From the NCBI GenBank assembly GCA_013265495.1, contig MU058337.1, forward strand, positions 5,684,716 to 5,746,715: a stretch of 62,000 nucleotides of DNA. The letters are read 5' to 3'. The notes beneath the pieces were generated by a model that saw nothing but the letters and a program-made list of their open reading frames with translations, searched no databases and had not been told where the DNA came from. This document shows positions 1 to 12,729 of this stretch, piece after piece. The number at the start of each line of letters is the position of its first letter. The first letter of the stretch is position 1. The stretch is from Vicugna vicugna (taxonomy: Eukaryota). The translations under genes were made by a program, and so were the position numbers.

Positions 1-139
1 AGCAGGTGCTCGCTGGACACCAAATGTGCAGGCACCTTAATCTTGAATTTCCCAGCCTCCGGAACTGTGAGAAATTTCTGCCGTTTATAAGCCATGCAGT
101 CCACGGTATCCATTATAGCAGCCTGAGCAGTCTAAGACA
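1..139 (+). mobile_element. MaLR LTR (MLT1 family) 3' end
   Basis: Typical MLT1 tail 'ggcaccttaatcttgaatttcccagcctccggaactgtgaga...ctaagaca'; truncated by the window edge. Confidence 0.85.
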
Positions 140-979
140 CATGGGATCTCAGAGATAGGAGAAACCCAGTAAGCATTCTTGGTTCCTGGACTGGAAATAG
201 ATGGAGTAAAGGCAACGTAGAATATTCCTGACATAATAAAAGAGATCAAAAATGTGACTCCAAGAGCTTTGTAAAGGAGTCACAGATGCACGTTGACTCT
301 TCAACTCTAACATTTAAGCTTACGACAAGTGGGTCTTTATGTAATCATCACTTCTTTTTGTACCTATGTCATTTAAACCATCCAAATAGAACAAAACATC
401 AGGTGAATTGTCCTCTATCAGAAACTCTGAAACAGATATTTTTGGTCAAATGTATGCCGTTAGGGTAGAATTTGCTCATAACAGGACCTGAAAAAATGAA
501 ACTGACATTCTTATCCTTGGCTTAGCTCTGTCTGATACAGAAACATGGCAACTACCACAGCTCAGGAAAGATTTACATGTTTAAAGGCCACGCATTCCCC
601 GAGATAAGCCTTGAATTACAGGGCCGTTCTGAAGCCTTACAGAGATAAACTGTGATCCTGTTTCCTATTGTCAGAGACAAGACTTTCAATCAAAACAGAA
701 CTGTCAACTGCTATGTAATAATCTGAACTATAAATATAGTCTTCTCTCTATTCTGGGAGCCCAGTTGCTCTGAAAGCTTGCTTTAGGCATGCAAGACTCG
801 ACTGGGTGATGAAAAATTGTCCAAGTGGAGGTTTTTTTATTGGGGAGAGGGAGGATAGATTTCTTCAGAAAAGAAACAATTTTTTAAAAATGAGTAGGGA
901 GGAGTAAAAACAATGCGAAGGCAGGTAGCTGCCCAGCCATCATCGTCGACGACTGAAACGTGTAAAGCTTTTATTGCAA

Positions 980-1560
980 TGGTTAAAGAAAACCAAAGCT
1001 GGGTGGTAAAGTGGTAAAAACAGATTTTACTCAGGAGGTATTCCAATAGAGGGAAAAGACCTCAGTGTAGGATTGCTCAATTCCAAGTAAACCATAGACA
1101 GGTAGGAATTTAGAGCCAAGGAGCAGGGTGGGGTCAGTGGATGGGAAACGACTAACAGAAAACACCAGGGGTGGAGAGGGATTCTGGTTAAGCAGACCTA
1201 ACAAAGCTCTTGGTCAAGGCAGACCAGGCGATGAGACAGTCCCTGAGGCGCGGCGGAAGAGGAGGAAATTTGATCAGATACCCAGGTCATATCGCTGTGA
1301 CTACAAGACTGTAAGCATCTTAAAATCAAACAGAAAGGGGGGTGTCTTGCAGGCAGAGATAAGCAGAATCTTTGGAGGGGAACCTGAGCAAGCAGGGGGA
1401 AATGTTGCCAGTGGGTCTGACCGGAAAGGGTCTGGCTGCGCTCAGCTGATCCCCAGGAGGGACTGATAAAGGGGACACAGTCACTGCTCCAGCTGGAGAA
1501 TAAGCAGAGTTCAGAGGTCTGTAGGAAACAGAGAGGGCTGATTAAAATCTGGTGAAGACA
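980..1560 (-). mobile_element. Ancient ERV1-class LTR, MER31/MER67-like
   Basis: 'tggttaaagaaaaccaaagctgg...cagattttactcagga...agccaaggagcagggtggggtcagtggatgg' resembles the reverse complement of the MER31 consensus as recalled; right boundary approximate. Confidence 0.7.
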
Positions 1561-1614
1561 AAGCAGAGGGTGAGAAATGCGCAACTGTGAGCACCTGGCC
1601 GGTGCTTACGAAGG

Positions 1615-1735
1615 GGTGAGCACTGTGCTGAAATCCCCATGTAGAAGGTGTTACTATTTTTCCCATTTTGCACAAGGAAGCAGATTCTGGAAGTTGAAGC
1701 AATTTTCCCAGAGTCACACAGCTAATAGAATCCAT
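1615..1735 (-). mobile_element. MIR SINE fragment
   Basis: MIR core in reverse: 'cccattttgcacaaggaag...cccagagtcacacagctaatag'. Confidence 0.7.
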
Positions 1736-2829
1736 GTTACTCTTGTTATTCAAAGGGACGTAATCAGAAATGGGCTATTCGGATGGTAATATCCTTTTCG
1801 TTAACTTCACTCCCTCTATGATGTTCAACACATGTCTGGGGGTGAATATCATGAATAAAGAGGGGGAGGGGTATAATTTTACAAATCCCCCACTTAACCT
1901 CATGAGTCCTTTCATAACTGCCGTCATACATCCAATACTTTTGCTCTCCAAAATCTGAAACTAAGGAGCTTGACTGGGGTTTGTCTCCCCAAGTTGCCTA
2001 CTCAGCTGCACCAGGACATCCCAGAACCATCACAGGAAGATGGAGCCAAGGGAACTGACTGCATCTTCACGCCTGTTTCTCAGGAGCTCTCCCAGGGAGT
2101 GGGGAGAGGGATAAGGGGCTGCTCCCTGCCAGACCCACCCTCCTAAGGACTATACGCCCAGACAGTGGAGACACTGCCCGAGTAGTTTCAGCCACAGCGA
2201 CTGACTTCCACATTCTTGATGTGCACTTAAAAATCCAGACGTGTCTGTCCTTGTGGCCAAGCCGCCCATGTCACCACCAACACCACAGGGATCTCCTTAG
2301 ACTGGCACCTCCAGCCTTCCCTGACCTGGGAGAGGCTGGCCTCTTCCCCAAGAGACCCCAGTGGTCTCTGAGCTGTCTCAAGACGCCCATGATTCATGAC
2401 ACTGAAACTGAGTGCCCCTCCCCTCAGCTGAGTGGAGTAAGTACAGACCTCTGTGCAGGGCTGGCTATGAAGAAGTTGGATTTCTTTGAGGTCACATACA
2501 CATACACAAAACCTCGACTCTGGTTCTTGTAAGTCTGGCACCGAGAGAAGGATGACACCCTTAAGGGACTAAATCAGAATCATCAAGTCTTGTCCCCTAG
2601 CTCCTTTCAAAAATAACTCCACTTTCAGGAGAGAGTGTTACCCAACAGGCTGCATTCAACTTCTCGCACTTTCCAAGCCCCTTCTTTCTAGCACAGATGC
2701 CCCACGAGGCTCCTTGAGTTACCCTCCCTCCCCATGCATCTCACCTCCACAGGATTGGTCAGTTGAACATGAAGAGACTCAGAGACTCTGGGTTACATAT
2801 GGATACAAATCTACCTGAACTCTGGTTTG

Positions 2830-3050
2830 ACTGAAAAATGGGAATGTTAATAATACCGGCTCATCATAGGCTATGAATTCTATGAGGTTGGGACCAGATC
2901 CACCTGGTTCACCATTGTATCAACAGAACTGCACAGGGTACCTGGTACCTGCAAACCATTCATGTGCGTTTGTTGAAAGAATGAAGGAATGACAGCATCC
3001 TGACTCGTTAGGTTTTTGTGAATATCAATTAAGATCACATGTGATTTGTA
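2830..3050 (+). mobile_element. MIR fragment with L2 3'-end fragment (~2870-2990)
   Basis: 'aaaatgggaatgttaataatacc' MIR core; L2 tail 'tttgttgaaagaatgaaggaatga'. Confidence 0.55.
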
Positions 3051-4257
3051 AACAACACTCCTCTGAAAATAACAGCTAAAAATAAATTACCTGTTACTGT
3101 TACTCTCAGAGGTCTCCACTGTAGGCATGGTTTATTACAGAAATTAAAATGAACTATATTTATAGTAGAAATCATTCCCCAGAAAGACCACATTTTTCTT
3201 ACATGCCAAAAATGGAAGAAATTCCTTATTTTGAAAGGCTCAATGTTTAGGCCACTTGCATATAATAATAAATAAACACATTTTATATTAAAGAGAGAAA
3301 TAGCACGTGCAAAGAATTAACAGTGAAATTAAAAGTATTTTCTATCTTTAGAAATCAGTTCAGAGAAGTAAAAATAATACATGTCTTACAAATAAGAGTC
3401 TGGCCACGTTTCTTTTCCTCTGAACAACACGTACACAAACACACCCCATGCACAAGTAATAAAAGAAGGAAGGGCTGTTAGCCATTGTTAGCTGCTACAA
3501 GCTGGGAAGCTAAACTGTTACTCCGGAAGGGAGGGAGAAATCACTGGAAGCAGCAAATGATGGGCAGAATTAGGCATCTCCCGGACCATTTCCACAAACA
3601 AGCCATCCTCTGGTGTGATGGGGAGAAAATTCACTAATGACTGGGAGTGTCCAGAAGTAGTCGTCACAAAGCGTTAACCAAGGTGAATTAAGCTGTCCTC
3701 ATAACTCTGATGCACAGGGAGCCAGGGACCCTGAAAAGGCAGATTTCTCTAACGCATAAGAAATGTCATCATAAAAAGAGGTGCTGGGGGCTTAGAATTT
3801 GTCAGCATTTATGCCACACAGTCCCAGAAGGAAAACACTGCCTGATGGACATGAGGAAGGTGACGCTACGACAAAGTGGAGAGAAAGAAAGCCTCCAGCA
3901 GCCAGTGGAATTCTGCACCTCTTCTTGTACGGGTTCCTGCTCAGCAAGCAACTCTCTGGAGACTGATTGCCTTCACCGGATGCCTCGACATGGGGAGCAT
4001 TTCCTAAATTTTTCTCCCTTCACATTATCAGGGTTTTCTCCTGGGACCCCATGCTTCCCGTGTAATAGGCGACATTCCTGCATCCGTGCTCTCCTCGTGG
4101 GGCAGATCGCGTGGCCATCACCTGGGAGGCCACCAGCTGGCAGACGGCCAGAGCCACTCAAGGGTGGCTCGTTCCTCTCCCTCCACCTTCTGGAAGGAGA
4201 ATGGAGAACGACTGATCCTGCCCCAGCTGGTCCAGGAAGTCAGATATGGGGTTGTTT

Positions 4258-4297
4258 CCAGTGCAGAGGGGTTGCCCCCAGTGCAGAGGGGTTGCCT
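4258..4297. repeat. 20-bp tandem duplication
   Basis: ccagtgcagaggggttgccc / ccagtgcagaggggttgcct. Confidence 0.9.
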
Positions 4298-6034
4298 GTT
4301 GTGGTCTTGGGAGTGGGGCAGTGGTGTGTGTGTGTGTTTCCCTCTGTTCCTGGGACCGCTTGCCAGGGCATGGACAAGCACACCACGTGGCTGCCTCCTC
4401 GGCAGCTCAGCCTTGCTGAGATCACAGCCTCTGGACAGGCTCTGTTCGAAGCAGAAGTAGATTCCTCTCTGCCAGACTCACTTACATAAGAAGCATTTTT
4501 CTTTACAGTAATTTCTGATTTCCAGCAGATAATCTTCCAACCCTAGCAGGAGGCATTCTTAACTTGTAGGAAGTCTTGAACATAAACAGATTGGGTTCTC
4601 AAACTTTGAGAGTCAGTTGTTTGAAATTCATCGCAGGAATTTAGTATCAACCACTTAATGTCAAGTACGTGGGGACAGAAGCATCTTCTGACTTTGGAGT
4701 CGTCTGGCCAGGGAATGGGCTTTCTTAAGAGGGATGGATTTCTCATCAACAGAATTGGCCAGCACTCTGGCAAGCTCCTAGGCTCCTTATAAAAGGAATT
4801 ACTATGTTTATAGATACTTTATGCATATATTTAGAATAAAAACATTAGAGGCTCATGCGATAATTTCAGTCATCAAATATAAATAAACAAATAAAATGGA
4901 AACGGAAACCATTCCTGAATTACCGTGACAACTAGTACTTGAGGAAAACAGTTTAGTTAAATGCAGGCGGAGCAGCACAGAGACCTTGGTAGGTCTTCCA
5001 GTGAGACTTAGAGAAGTGTTGTCTGACTTTTGAGGACAAAAGCCTGGCCCTTGGTCACACGATCCCCTTCCCTCGGTGCAGACGTCTCCATATCCTTAGT
5101 TTTGATTCCTGATCGAGGGGAGCTTGAGCCCATAAATGGCCATGTCCTGAGCACATGTCAGAGGACTGTACCGTCTAAGGGCCAAAAGCCCTGCCCAGAG
5201 CCTTAGTAAGACAGGGGTTATGTATCTAGGTCATCAGGAGAATGAGGTCCTCTTCTCCCCAAAATGACTGACTAATCAAATAAATAACGTAGACACAAAC
5301 CTCTTACAATTCAAAATAACTAAATCAGAGCTGAGAATGTAATGCAGTGATGGCAATTTGTTAATGATAACCTTGCCTAGCACAGTTACTGAGCTGGGAG
5401 TTGTTGGGAGAAAAATATTGACATATTGAGAACAGAATAGATTTGTCACAGAATCATGCCATGGAAAAGAGCTCAGAAACCACCCAGGTCGTGTCCTGCA
5501 CTCCTACCCTACCCCAAACAGCTGTTGTCTAAAGTCATTTGCGGATACTGTTATTGCTATTGTGAGGTTATTGTTTGTTTTAAGGCTCATCTCCTCCCTG
5601 AAAAGAAAAGTGCTCTGGTTCCTGCTCTGGCTCCACTTCCCATGCTCCAAATCTCCAACTTGGGGAAGCTGAAATAATCATTATACTCCATTTTATTTCT
5701 CAGTGTTCAGATCAGGAAAGATAGACAAACTAGAGTGTTTGACCTTCATCATAGCCCCACTGATATCAAGTTACCTGTTCTGCACAGCTTGGTGTAAAGC
5801 TAAACTGTGTATATTTCACATCAATCAGATGGAACATGGAAAGAAATAAACATTCACAAAGATTCAATCTCTTTGGTGATCCAGTAACAGGGGAGGAATA
5901 AAATATCTGCTTTCTGTCTTCTGAGAATCACATCGATGTAAACTAGGATGAAATAACATAAAATATGCATTGAAATCATATCCTCTGAAAAGCACTTTAT
6001 TGAATGTGATCACTCAGCCACAGTGAGAAGACGT

Positions 6035-6235
6035 TCTAGGCAAAGTATGACCTGGAGGGCCAAATTCTACCAGCAGTCTTTTTTTATACAGCCTGCAAGC
6101 TAAGAATGGTTTTTTGCATTTTTAACCAGTTAGAAGATCACCAAAGAAGAACATGAGACGGAGACCACATATGGACAGCAAAGCCTAAGACATTTACTGT
6201 CTGGCCCTTTAGAGAAAAGTTTGTCAAGAGCTGTA
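6035..6235. mobile_element. hAT-Charlie non-autonomous DNA transposon, MER58-like
   Basis: 'gctaagaatggttttt...gcaaagcctaagacatttactgtctggccctttagagaaaagtttg' characteristic MER58 end. Confidence 0.75.
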
Positions 6236-8039
6236 CTAGAGCATCATAGATTAGATGTAACCAGAATTCCCTCTGCTATGGATAAAGTTGATGCCATTCA
6301 CATTTCCAAAGTGAACAACTAACCCAGCTCACCCAAGCAGATTAAATGAAAGGCGTCGTAAGAGAGAGTAAATATAATAATTATTAGCCATTGACCTTAT
6401 TTGTTCTCCTCATAGTGACAGCTGGTAAACAGCACATTAAAAAAGATGCTTTTCTGCTGTAACAGAGAGAGTGGGGAATCTCCCCTGCCCACCACACCGA
6501 CAGCCGCCATGCACGCCTCCCTCATCCTGGTGGTGCTGATTCTGTGGTCACTACTGCACCTGGAGAAAACAGCCCCGTCACCTGGCTCATGCCTTTTCTA
6601 CAAGCAGGTATCCCAGGTGGAAGGGACAATTTCAGTGCTCCTGTGGAGCCCCACCTCCAGAGACTCTCCATACACAAGGAGAGCTAGATCTGTAGCCATT
6701 TGTCTAGTTAATTACTTGGATCAGAAAAGTTAATAAAACTTCTCTTATCTCCCTAAAAGCCAAACCATTACATCCTGGAACAGGCACCAGATTTAGCTCC
6801 AAAGGTGCTGGGGGAGTCTAGAGCCTTTTCTCCCTGGGGGTAAAATCGAGTCTCATGGGACCAACTCGCTCCTAGGGGAGTTTTATTTACACACCAAAGG
6901 CTGGAGTTAGATTAGGATTAAGGACAGCTCCCTCCTTCCCCTTTATATGCAGAGGTAAATCATTTGTCCTCCTCCCTCATCTTTGAAGTGTCCACTACTT
7001 ATGTAGGAAGAATCCCATTGACTTTCATATGTCACCTAGAGATGAGCACTGGTACAAGGGGTTGACACATCTATTATTTACTGAGCAATAATAAATCTCT
7101 CCAATCCTCGCGAGTGTATTCAAGATAAAATTAATAGAGATGAATTTTAGAAACCCAACAGACACTTTTAATTGTGTCTGTTTCAGTCATTTTACTCCAA
7201 GTTTTCAGTAGAATGAGTCCAAAATGTACCACGTTTCTACTTTTACTACTAACTTAGGTAGTTACTTGGTGGGAGAGCTCGAAGCAAAGATGGTTGTGAG
7301 TGTAATAAATCTGAAGTTTTCCTATCCCATTGTAAAGAACTATTTTTTTCTCCAAGTTTCTAAGGAGATTTCTAGCATTAAGATTTATACCATATCAATA
7401 AACCGGACAGCTGTAGGTATAAAAATTTCTTAAATATGCATACTATGTTATGTTCCAGCCTTCCCAGTCAGCTGGGAAAAGCTAAAACTATTGAAATCTA
7501 CAAAAACAGACACATGAGATCTGGAGGCTAAACTTCCACTGGAAAAATATCCTGACCTGCAGCTTTTTAAATATTATTTTACTTTGTTTTACCTTTTGAT
7601 CAACACTTTCCTTTCTTTAGGGGAAATTAAAAACTAATAATAAATAGTAATTAATTACAGAAGCTTTGCGCCCCTCCAAAGGAAAAAAAAATTCAATGAA
7701 ACACAAAGCAATATTTTTGGTTTCTTTAGTTGTTGTTTTTTGGCATTGGTAGGAAAGGCAGTGATAGTAGCCATGAAGAGTTTCATGTGTTGTCTCAGAC
7801 TGACGCTGTCTTTGAGTCCCTGTTAGTTTTCTCAGAGGCAATGAAGACCCAACAAACCCTTAGTCCTTTGAGTGTGTCCAACCACCTCAAACTCCCCAAA
7901 CAAAGCTAGTAGTTGAAAGCAGCTTCCTTGTTCCAAAGATGATGATCTTTCTACAACTGGAATGAATTCTCAAATCCTTCCTTCCTGAAGTCTTCACTGT
8001 ATTAATAACTGCAATAACTTTTGGAGAGCCAGCTCCGCT

Positions 8040-8216
8040 CTAGGCCATGTTAGCTTTACTGCTTCTAATCCCCATAACTGGAGGAGGTAATTACTATTAT
8101 TCTTGTTTTGCAGATGGGAAAGCTGAAGGTAAATAACACAGAGCCGTCAATGACTAGAAGAGTGAGCTAAGATTGGAACAACTGGCCTAAGTCCAAAGCC
8201 CAGGCTCCTTCCTCCA
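8040..8216 (-). mobile_element. MIR SINE
   Basis: 'attattcttgttttgcagatgggaaagctgaagg...ccaaagcccaggctc'. Confidence 0.65.
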
Positions 8217-8369
8217 TGTCTCTGGTTTGGAAGTCTCACTGTCAAATATTACCTAGCGAAATTAGGTGAGAGATGTATTGGGTTTTTTTGTTTGTTTCTG
8301 AGAATAATTAATTGGTGAAGCATCAATAATACAGCCAATCAAAATTTAGGGGGTTCTCACATATAAGGA

Positions 8370-9465
8370 CACTTGCTTTATGACAAAGCAAAACTGCAGG
8401 GTAGTAGTGATGGAACAATAAATCGTGTAGGTCAGCTAGTCAGCCACATGGGGAAAAAAATAGTGAATCTGTTACCCCTAACTCATACCGTATAATCTTT
8501 CCCAGGTAGATCTATATGTGAAAAGTAAAATAATTCATTTATAAAAGGTAAAACAGAAGAATAATTTATTGCCTTGAGGTAGGAAAGTTTTCCTTCAACA
8601 GGACACCAAATGTACTAACCTTAAAATAAAAGATGGATTAACAAAAAGACATCACAAAATACAAACTGCCAAAGTGCTGAATAGAGGCTCTTTACAAGAG
8701 AACATTCAAATGGCTAGTAAGCATATTAAAATGAGTTTAACTTCATTAGTCATCAAGGAGAATGCAATGTAATATCATTATACATCTTCCAGAAAAACTA
8801 AAATTTAATAGATCCAAATATTGTAAGTTGGCAAGGATGTGGGGCCACTTGAATATTTTGCTGTTAAAAGTGTAAATTGGTATAATTTCTTTGGAAAACT
8901 GTTAATGTCCATCACTGGTGAACATCTGTGTATGACAGAGCAATTCCACTCCTAAAATCTATCCCATAGAAATATATATGTAACACTACACAACACATGT
9001 ACAAGGAGGTTCATGGCAGGGCTATTCATAGGGGCCAAAAACTGAAAGAAAAAAAATGTATCTGCCAACAGTAGAACAGGGAAATATATTTTGGTAGATT
9101 CATACAACAGAATAGTATACAGCAATGAAAATGAATGAACTCCATTAAATAATATGATTGAATCTTGTAGACATACTCTTAAGCTAACTAACAGAAAACA
9201 TAATTAATATTGTATGATTCCATGTATGTAAAATTTTAAAACTGGCAAAACTAATGTGTGGTATTGGAATTAGGATTTTGGTTAACTTTAGAAAAGAGGA
9301 TGGGAGTAGACAAGGGGAGGAGCTTCTGGAGTTCTAAGAATGTTCAATTTATTGATTTTGGTGGTAGTTACAAGGATACATTCACTTTGTGAAGCTTCTT
9401 CAAGTTATATACTTATAATTTGTGCACTTTTTGATAGGGATGTTACCCTTAAAAAAAGTTTATCA
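8370..9465 (+). mobile_element. Old LINE-1 (L1ME/L1MC-like) ORF2 end and 3'UTR, decayed
   Basis: L1 motifs 'aacttcattagtcatcaaggagaatgcaa', 'gcaattccactcctaaa' and 3' end 'ttcactttgtgaag...tgtgcacttt'. Confidence 0.8.
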
Positions 9466-9883
9466 AAAACAAAATAGAGAAAATAGCTAAGTAGACATGT
9501 ACAAATTATAAATGGAAAGGGGTGGGAGAGAAAGCAGACAAAGGAGTGGGGAGGGGAGGACAGATGCAAGGAACTCTTTTATGACCTTGGAGAGATTAGC
9601 TTCATGAAAATGGCAAAGTCAAGCATCCCTATTGGGGTGCTAAGGAAGGGGAAGGGGGGAAGGAGACAGAGGAGGTGATGAAGACTGTTTAAGGAGAGAA
9701 AATAAAGCAGAAGGTGGTTTTTAAAGATGAGAACCATGTGTGTCTGAAAGCATAGAAGATGAGGTTCCAAAGCACCAAAGAAACAAGAAGCAGGAAGGCA
9801 CTAAGGGGTGAATGGATGGATGAATGAATGAACACTTATTGGGGTCTTGCCCTGTATCAGACACAGTATTAGGCAATGTCAAG

Positions 9884-10320
9884 TGATGATGAAAAATTAA
9901 TCAGTTGCTCTAAGAAAGCAATGCAAAATTTTATTGGAGCCAAATTTGAGGATTATAACCTGGGAAGAGCATCTCAGGAAGTTCTGGGAACTATTCCGCC
10001 AATTAGATGTCAAGGCACAATTGTATATGTTTTCTGAGACTGAGGGCCTGTATATCAAAGTGTCACCCTGGTGGGTCATGTGACCCTTTGCAAGCTCAAA
10101 GAGGAATGTTATTTTAAGGAGTTGTCTTGTGGATACTGGGAAAATGGTGCACTTTATGGTTGAGATAGTTGAGCAGGTATTCCTGCCACTGAGGGTGGTT
10201 TGGTCCATGTGTGATGCAGCTACACCGCACACAGTGTGGGGAGAAGAGGTTAAAGGGCAGAGAGGAATTCTTTATGTTTGAATCTTTCTTGTCTTGCCAT
10301 AAAATGTGAACTTTATTTCA
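9884..10320 (-). mobile_element. ERV1-type solo LTR (LTR8/MER4-group-like)
   Basis: TG...CA termini, reverse-strand AATAAA near 9929, R-region 'ccaaatttgaggattataacctggg'; no clean TSD found. Confidence 0.65.
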
Positions 10321-10559
10321 AATGAGTGAAAAAGAAAAGAAAGTAGGAGAGAAAGAAGTGCAGTTTTGTTGGCCGAAATGGTCAGGCTGCAGCCTGAATC
10401 GGTGATGCTTCAAACTGTCATCACGTACACAGCTAGGGCATCAGCGCAAGCCAAACTTGTCACCACACAGAAGTCAAACACAACCTTCTCCATAAGAAGC
10501 ACAGGACAGACCAGATGCCTTTGAGGGAGCTTGACGCCAACTCCCTTCCGAAGGGCCGC

Positions 10560-10760
10560 ATTCCTTTGTGACGGCTGCTGTGACAGAGTGGCACAACAGA
10601 AACACTGTCACGGCGTTCTGGAGGCTAGAAGTCTGAAATCAAGGTGTCAGCGGGGCCCTGCTCTCTCTGGTGGCTCTAGGGAACAATCTTCCCTTGCCTC
10701 TTCCAGCGCTGCGTGTTCACCAGCAATCTTTGACACGCCTGCCTGGCAGGTGCCACTCCA
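10560..10760 (-). mobile_element. MLT1 (MLT1C-like) LTR fragment
   Basis: 'ttctggaggctagaagtctgaaatcaaggtgtcagc...cttgcctcttccagc'. Confidence 0.8.
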
Positions 10761-10909
10761 GTCACAAGAGCGGCTTCTCCCCCAAGCACATGCTTATGTA
10801 ATGGAAATCTGGTACCTGTATTTTGTATTGTATACCTTTTGTTTCAAAAACGTAAAAAAAAAAACTAATTGAGACTTGCATGAAATATGACCAACAGACT
10901 ATCTGCTGC

Positions 10910-11620
10910 AGCAGACGTTCAGCCGCTTGTCGCAGCAATGACTGGCCCAAGCGGTCTTTTGCGCGGCCTCTCCGGGCTGCTCCGAGTGCCGGTTTTAGTC
11001 TGGCGGCGCTCAACAAACGCTCCTCTCGCTCACTCAGTTACAAAGCCCGTGTAAACAAAATCAAAAGCCACTTGGATGGTCGCTGTTTTCCTGAGAACTG
11101 TTCAGCAGGATCCTCTGGTATTTGTAGACTGTCCGTTTTTCACTACCATCAGGATAAACAGAAAACCGAATCTGGAATCGGGCTCTAAAGAACAAAACAA
11201 AGCGCTTTGCGATGCGGAGGGCGATGCCCGCCAGGGCGCGGCCTGGTGAAGTCGCTTCTCTCCCGCCGCTTCCACACCGCAAATCCAACCGGAAACACTC
11301 AAAGGAAAATCAAGGATCCCTCTCAAAGAATGGATGAGCCTGCGCTGCTATTTCGTCTGCGAATTCGTTGGGAGGGCCCTGCGTCTCCCGAAGCCGGTGT
11401 CAGGAGAGTGAGGAGGGAACAGGAAATGCTAGCGGGAGATGAGCGGTTTCTCTGGGTCAGGGGTCCTCTTCACGGACTTAAGAAGGGCACAGCAATTTCA
11501 ACCAAGAAACAGCAAAAAAAAAAAAAAAAGCAAATAGTTTAAAAATACTACTACTAATAATAATAATGTCACCTGATTTTAATTACTCCCTTTGTTCACC
11601 GCTCACACTGGCGCGGGAAG
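10910..11620. promoter_or_regulatory. Orphan CpG island / putative promoter or enhancer
   Basis: About 40 CpGs hand-counted in ~560 bp (10915-11475) at only moderate GC; not a recognisable repeat; FOX (GTAAACA ~11051), ETS (CCGGAA ~11289, CAGGAAAT ~11420) and E2F-like (GCGCGGGAA ~11611) motifs. Confidence 0.65.
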
Positions 11621-12546
11621 TGAGTGGCCCATCCCAGGGCTCCTCCCACCCTCCCCACCCCCCCTTCTGCTTTCCTTCTCCTTCATTCAGTTTGCGAAAA
11701 CTCCAAGTTCCTCCAACACTGCTGTTTTTCTCATACACTGCAATTCTTCCCATTCATCTTGTTCAAACTGAAATATAAATCAACTCAAGTCTCCTATCAG
11801 TAAGTATAATCATATTAATAAAGCGTGGAGGCTGCCTGGTGAACAGCCCTTCCGAGCTCTGTTTCTCTGGCTGCTGCCTTTGCTCTGGCCCTGGCCCCAG
11901 CCCCAGGCCTGTCCATGGGACCTCTCCTCACCCTCCTTCTCGCACACGCATTTGATCCCACCTCTACCTCCAGGTGACACATGCCATCCCCCGAGGATGT
12001 TCAGTGAATAGCAAATGGCAGAGCGTTATGTGTCCTAGGATCCCATTTTTATTTTTTTTAATAGACAATCAGGTCTGTCGGCCTCTTGCACAACATGATG
12101 CTAAGGTGAGGTGGTGTGGGAGACTTCCACTTCTGTTTGTGATATTTAAACTTCACATAGGTTTGTACTTCACATAAAAAAAGACAAGTTTTTCTAAGAC
12201 CACTTCTGTGAAATGCTATCAGGTAATACCACTCACTCTCCTCACTTCTGTAATATTTTTGACAGCTGGATATTTTTACCACTGTTTATATGTATATATT
12301 TATGCTTTTATATATATGTGTGTGTGTATTTATATTCCTTCTTTTCTCTCTCTCTCTTTCTCTGTTATTGTCCTCTCTCCCTCCTTATATTAAACATCTC
12401 CTTGAGATTAAGGTAAATTTTGTATCTGATAATAGATAAGACTGTCTACAACCAAGAGAGAGGATGCCTATTTTAATATTCCCTAGAACCCAGTTTGCGG
12501 TAGATACTCTGTTGAATAACAGAGTGAAGGGTGGGTGTGTATAGCA

Positions 12547-12729
12547 GGGGAGGGTATAGCTCAAGTGGTAGGTAGAGCACATGCCTATCTGCACAGGGTC
12601 CTGGGTTCAATACCCAGTACCTCCCCTAAAAAATAAAGAAAAATAAGTAAACCTATTTGCCTTCCCCCTCAAAAAAAGATATAAATAAATAAATAAATAG
12701 ATAAAAACAATACATGTGTTTAAAAAAAA
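12547..12729 (+). mobile_element. Camelid Vic-type tRNA-derived SINE
   Basis: GGGGAGGGTATAGCTCAAGTGG (A box)...GGGTTCAATACCC (B box), 'aaacctatttgccttcccc' and (TAAA)n/A-rich tail. Confidence 0.85.

Noticed and set aside
3710..4489. 259-aa + strand ORF
   Set aside because: No recognisable domain, composition typical of random GC-rich ORFs, and it runs through a 20-bp (non-triplet) tandem duplication and a TG tract
9982..9990. GAS motif TTCTGGGAA suggesting an interferon-inducible MER41-type LTR
   Set aside because: The LTR does not resemble MER41 as I recall it, and a single 9-mer of this type is expected by chance
12547..12625. tRNA-like sequence with A and B boxes
   Set aside because: SINE head followed by a SINE body and A-rich tail; not a tRNA gene (same for 22404, 25080 and 37682)
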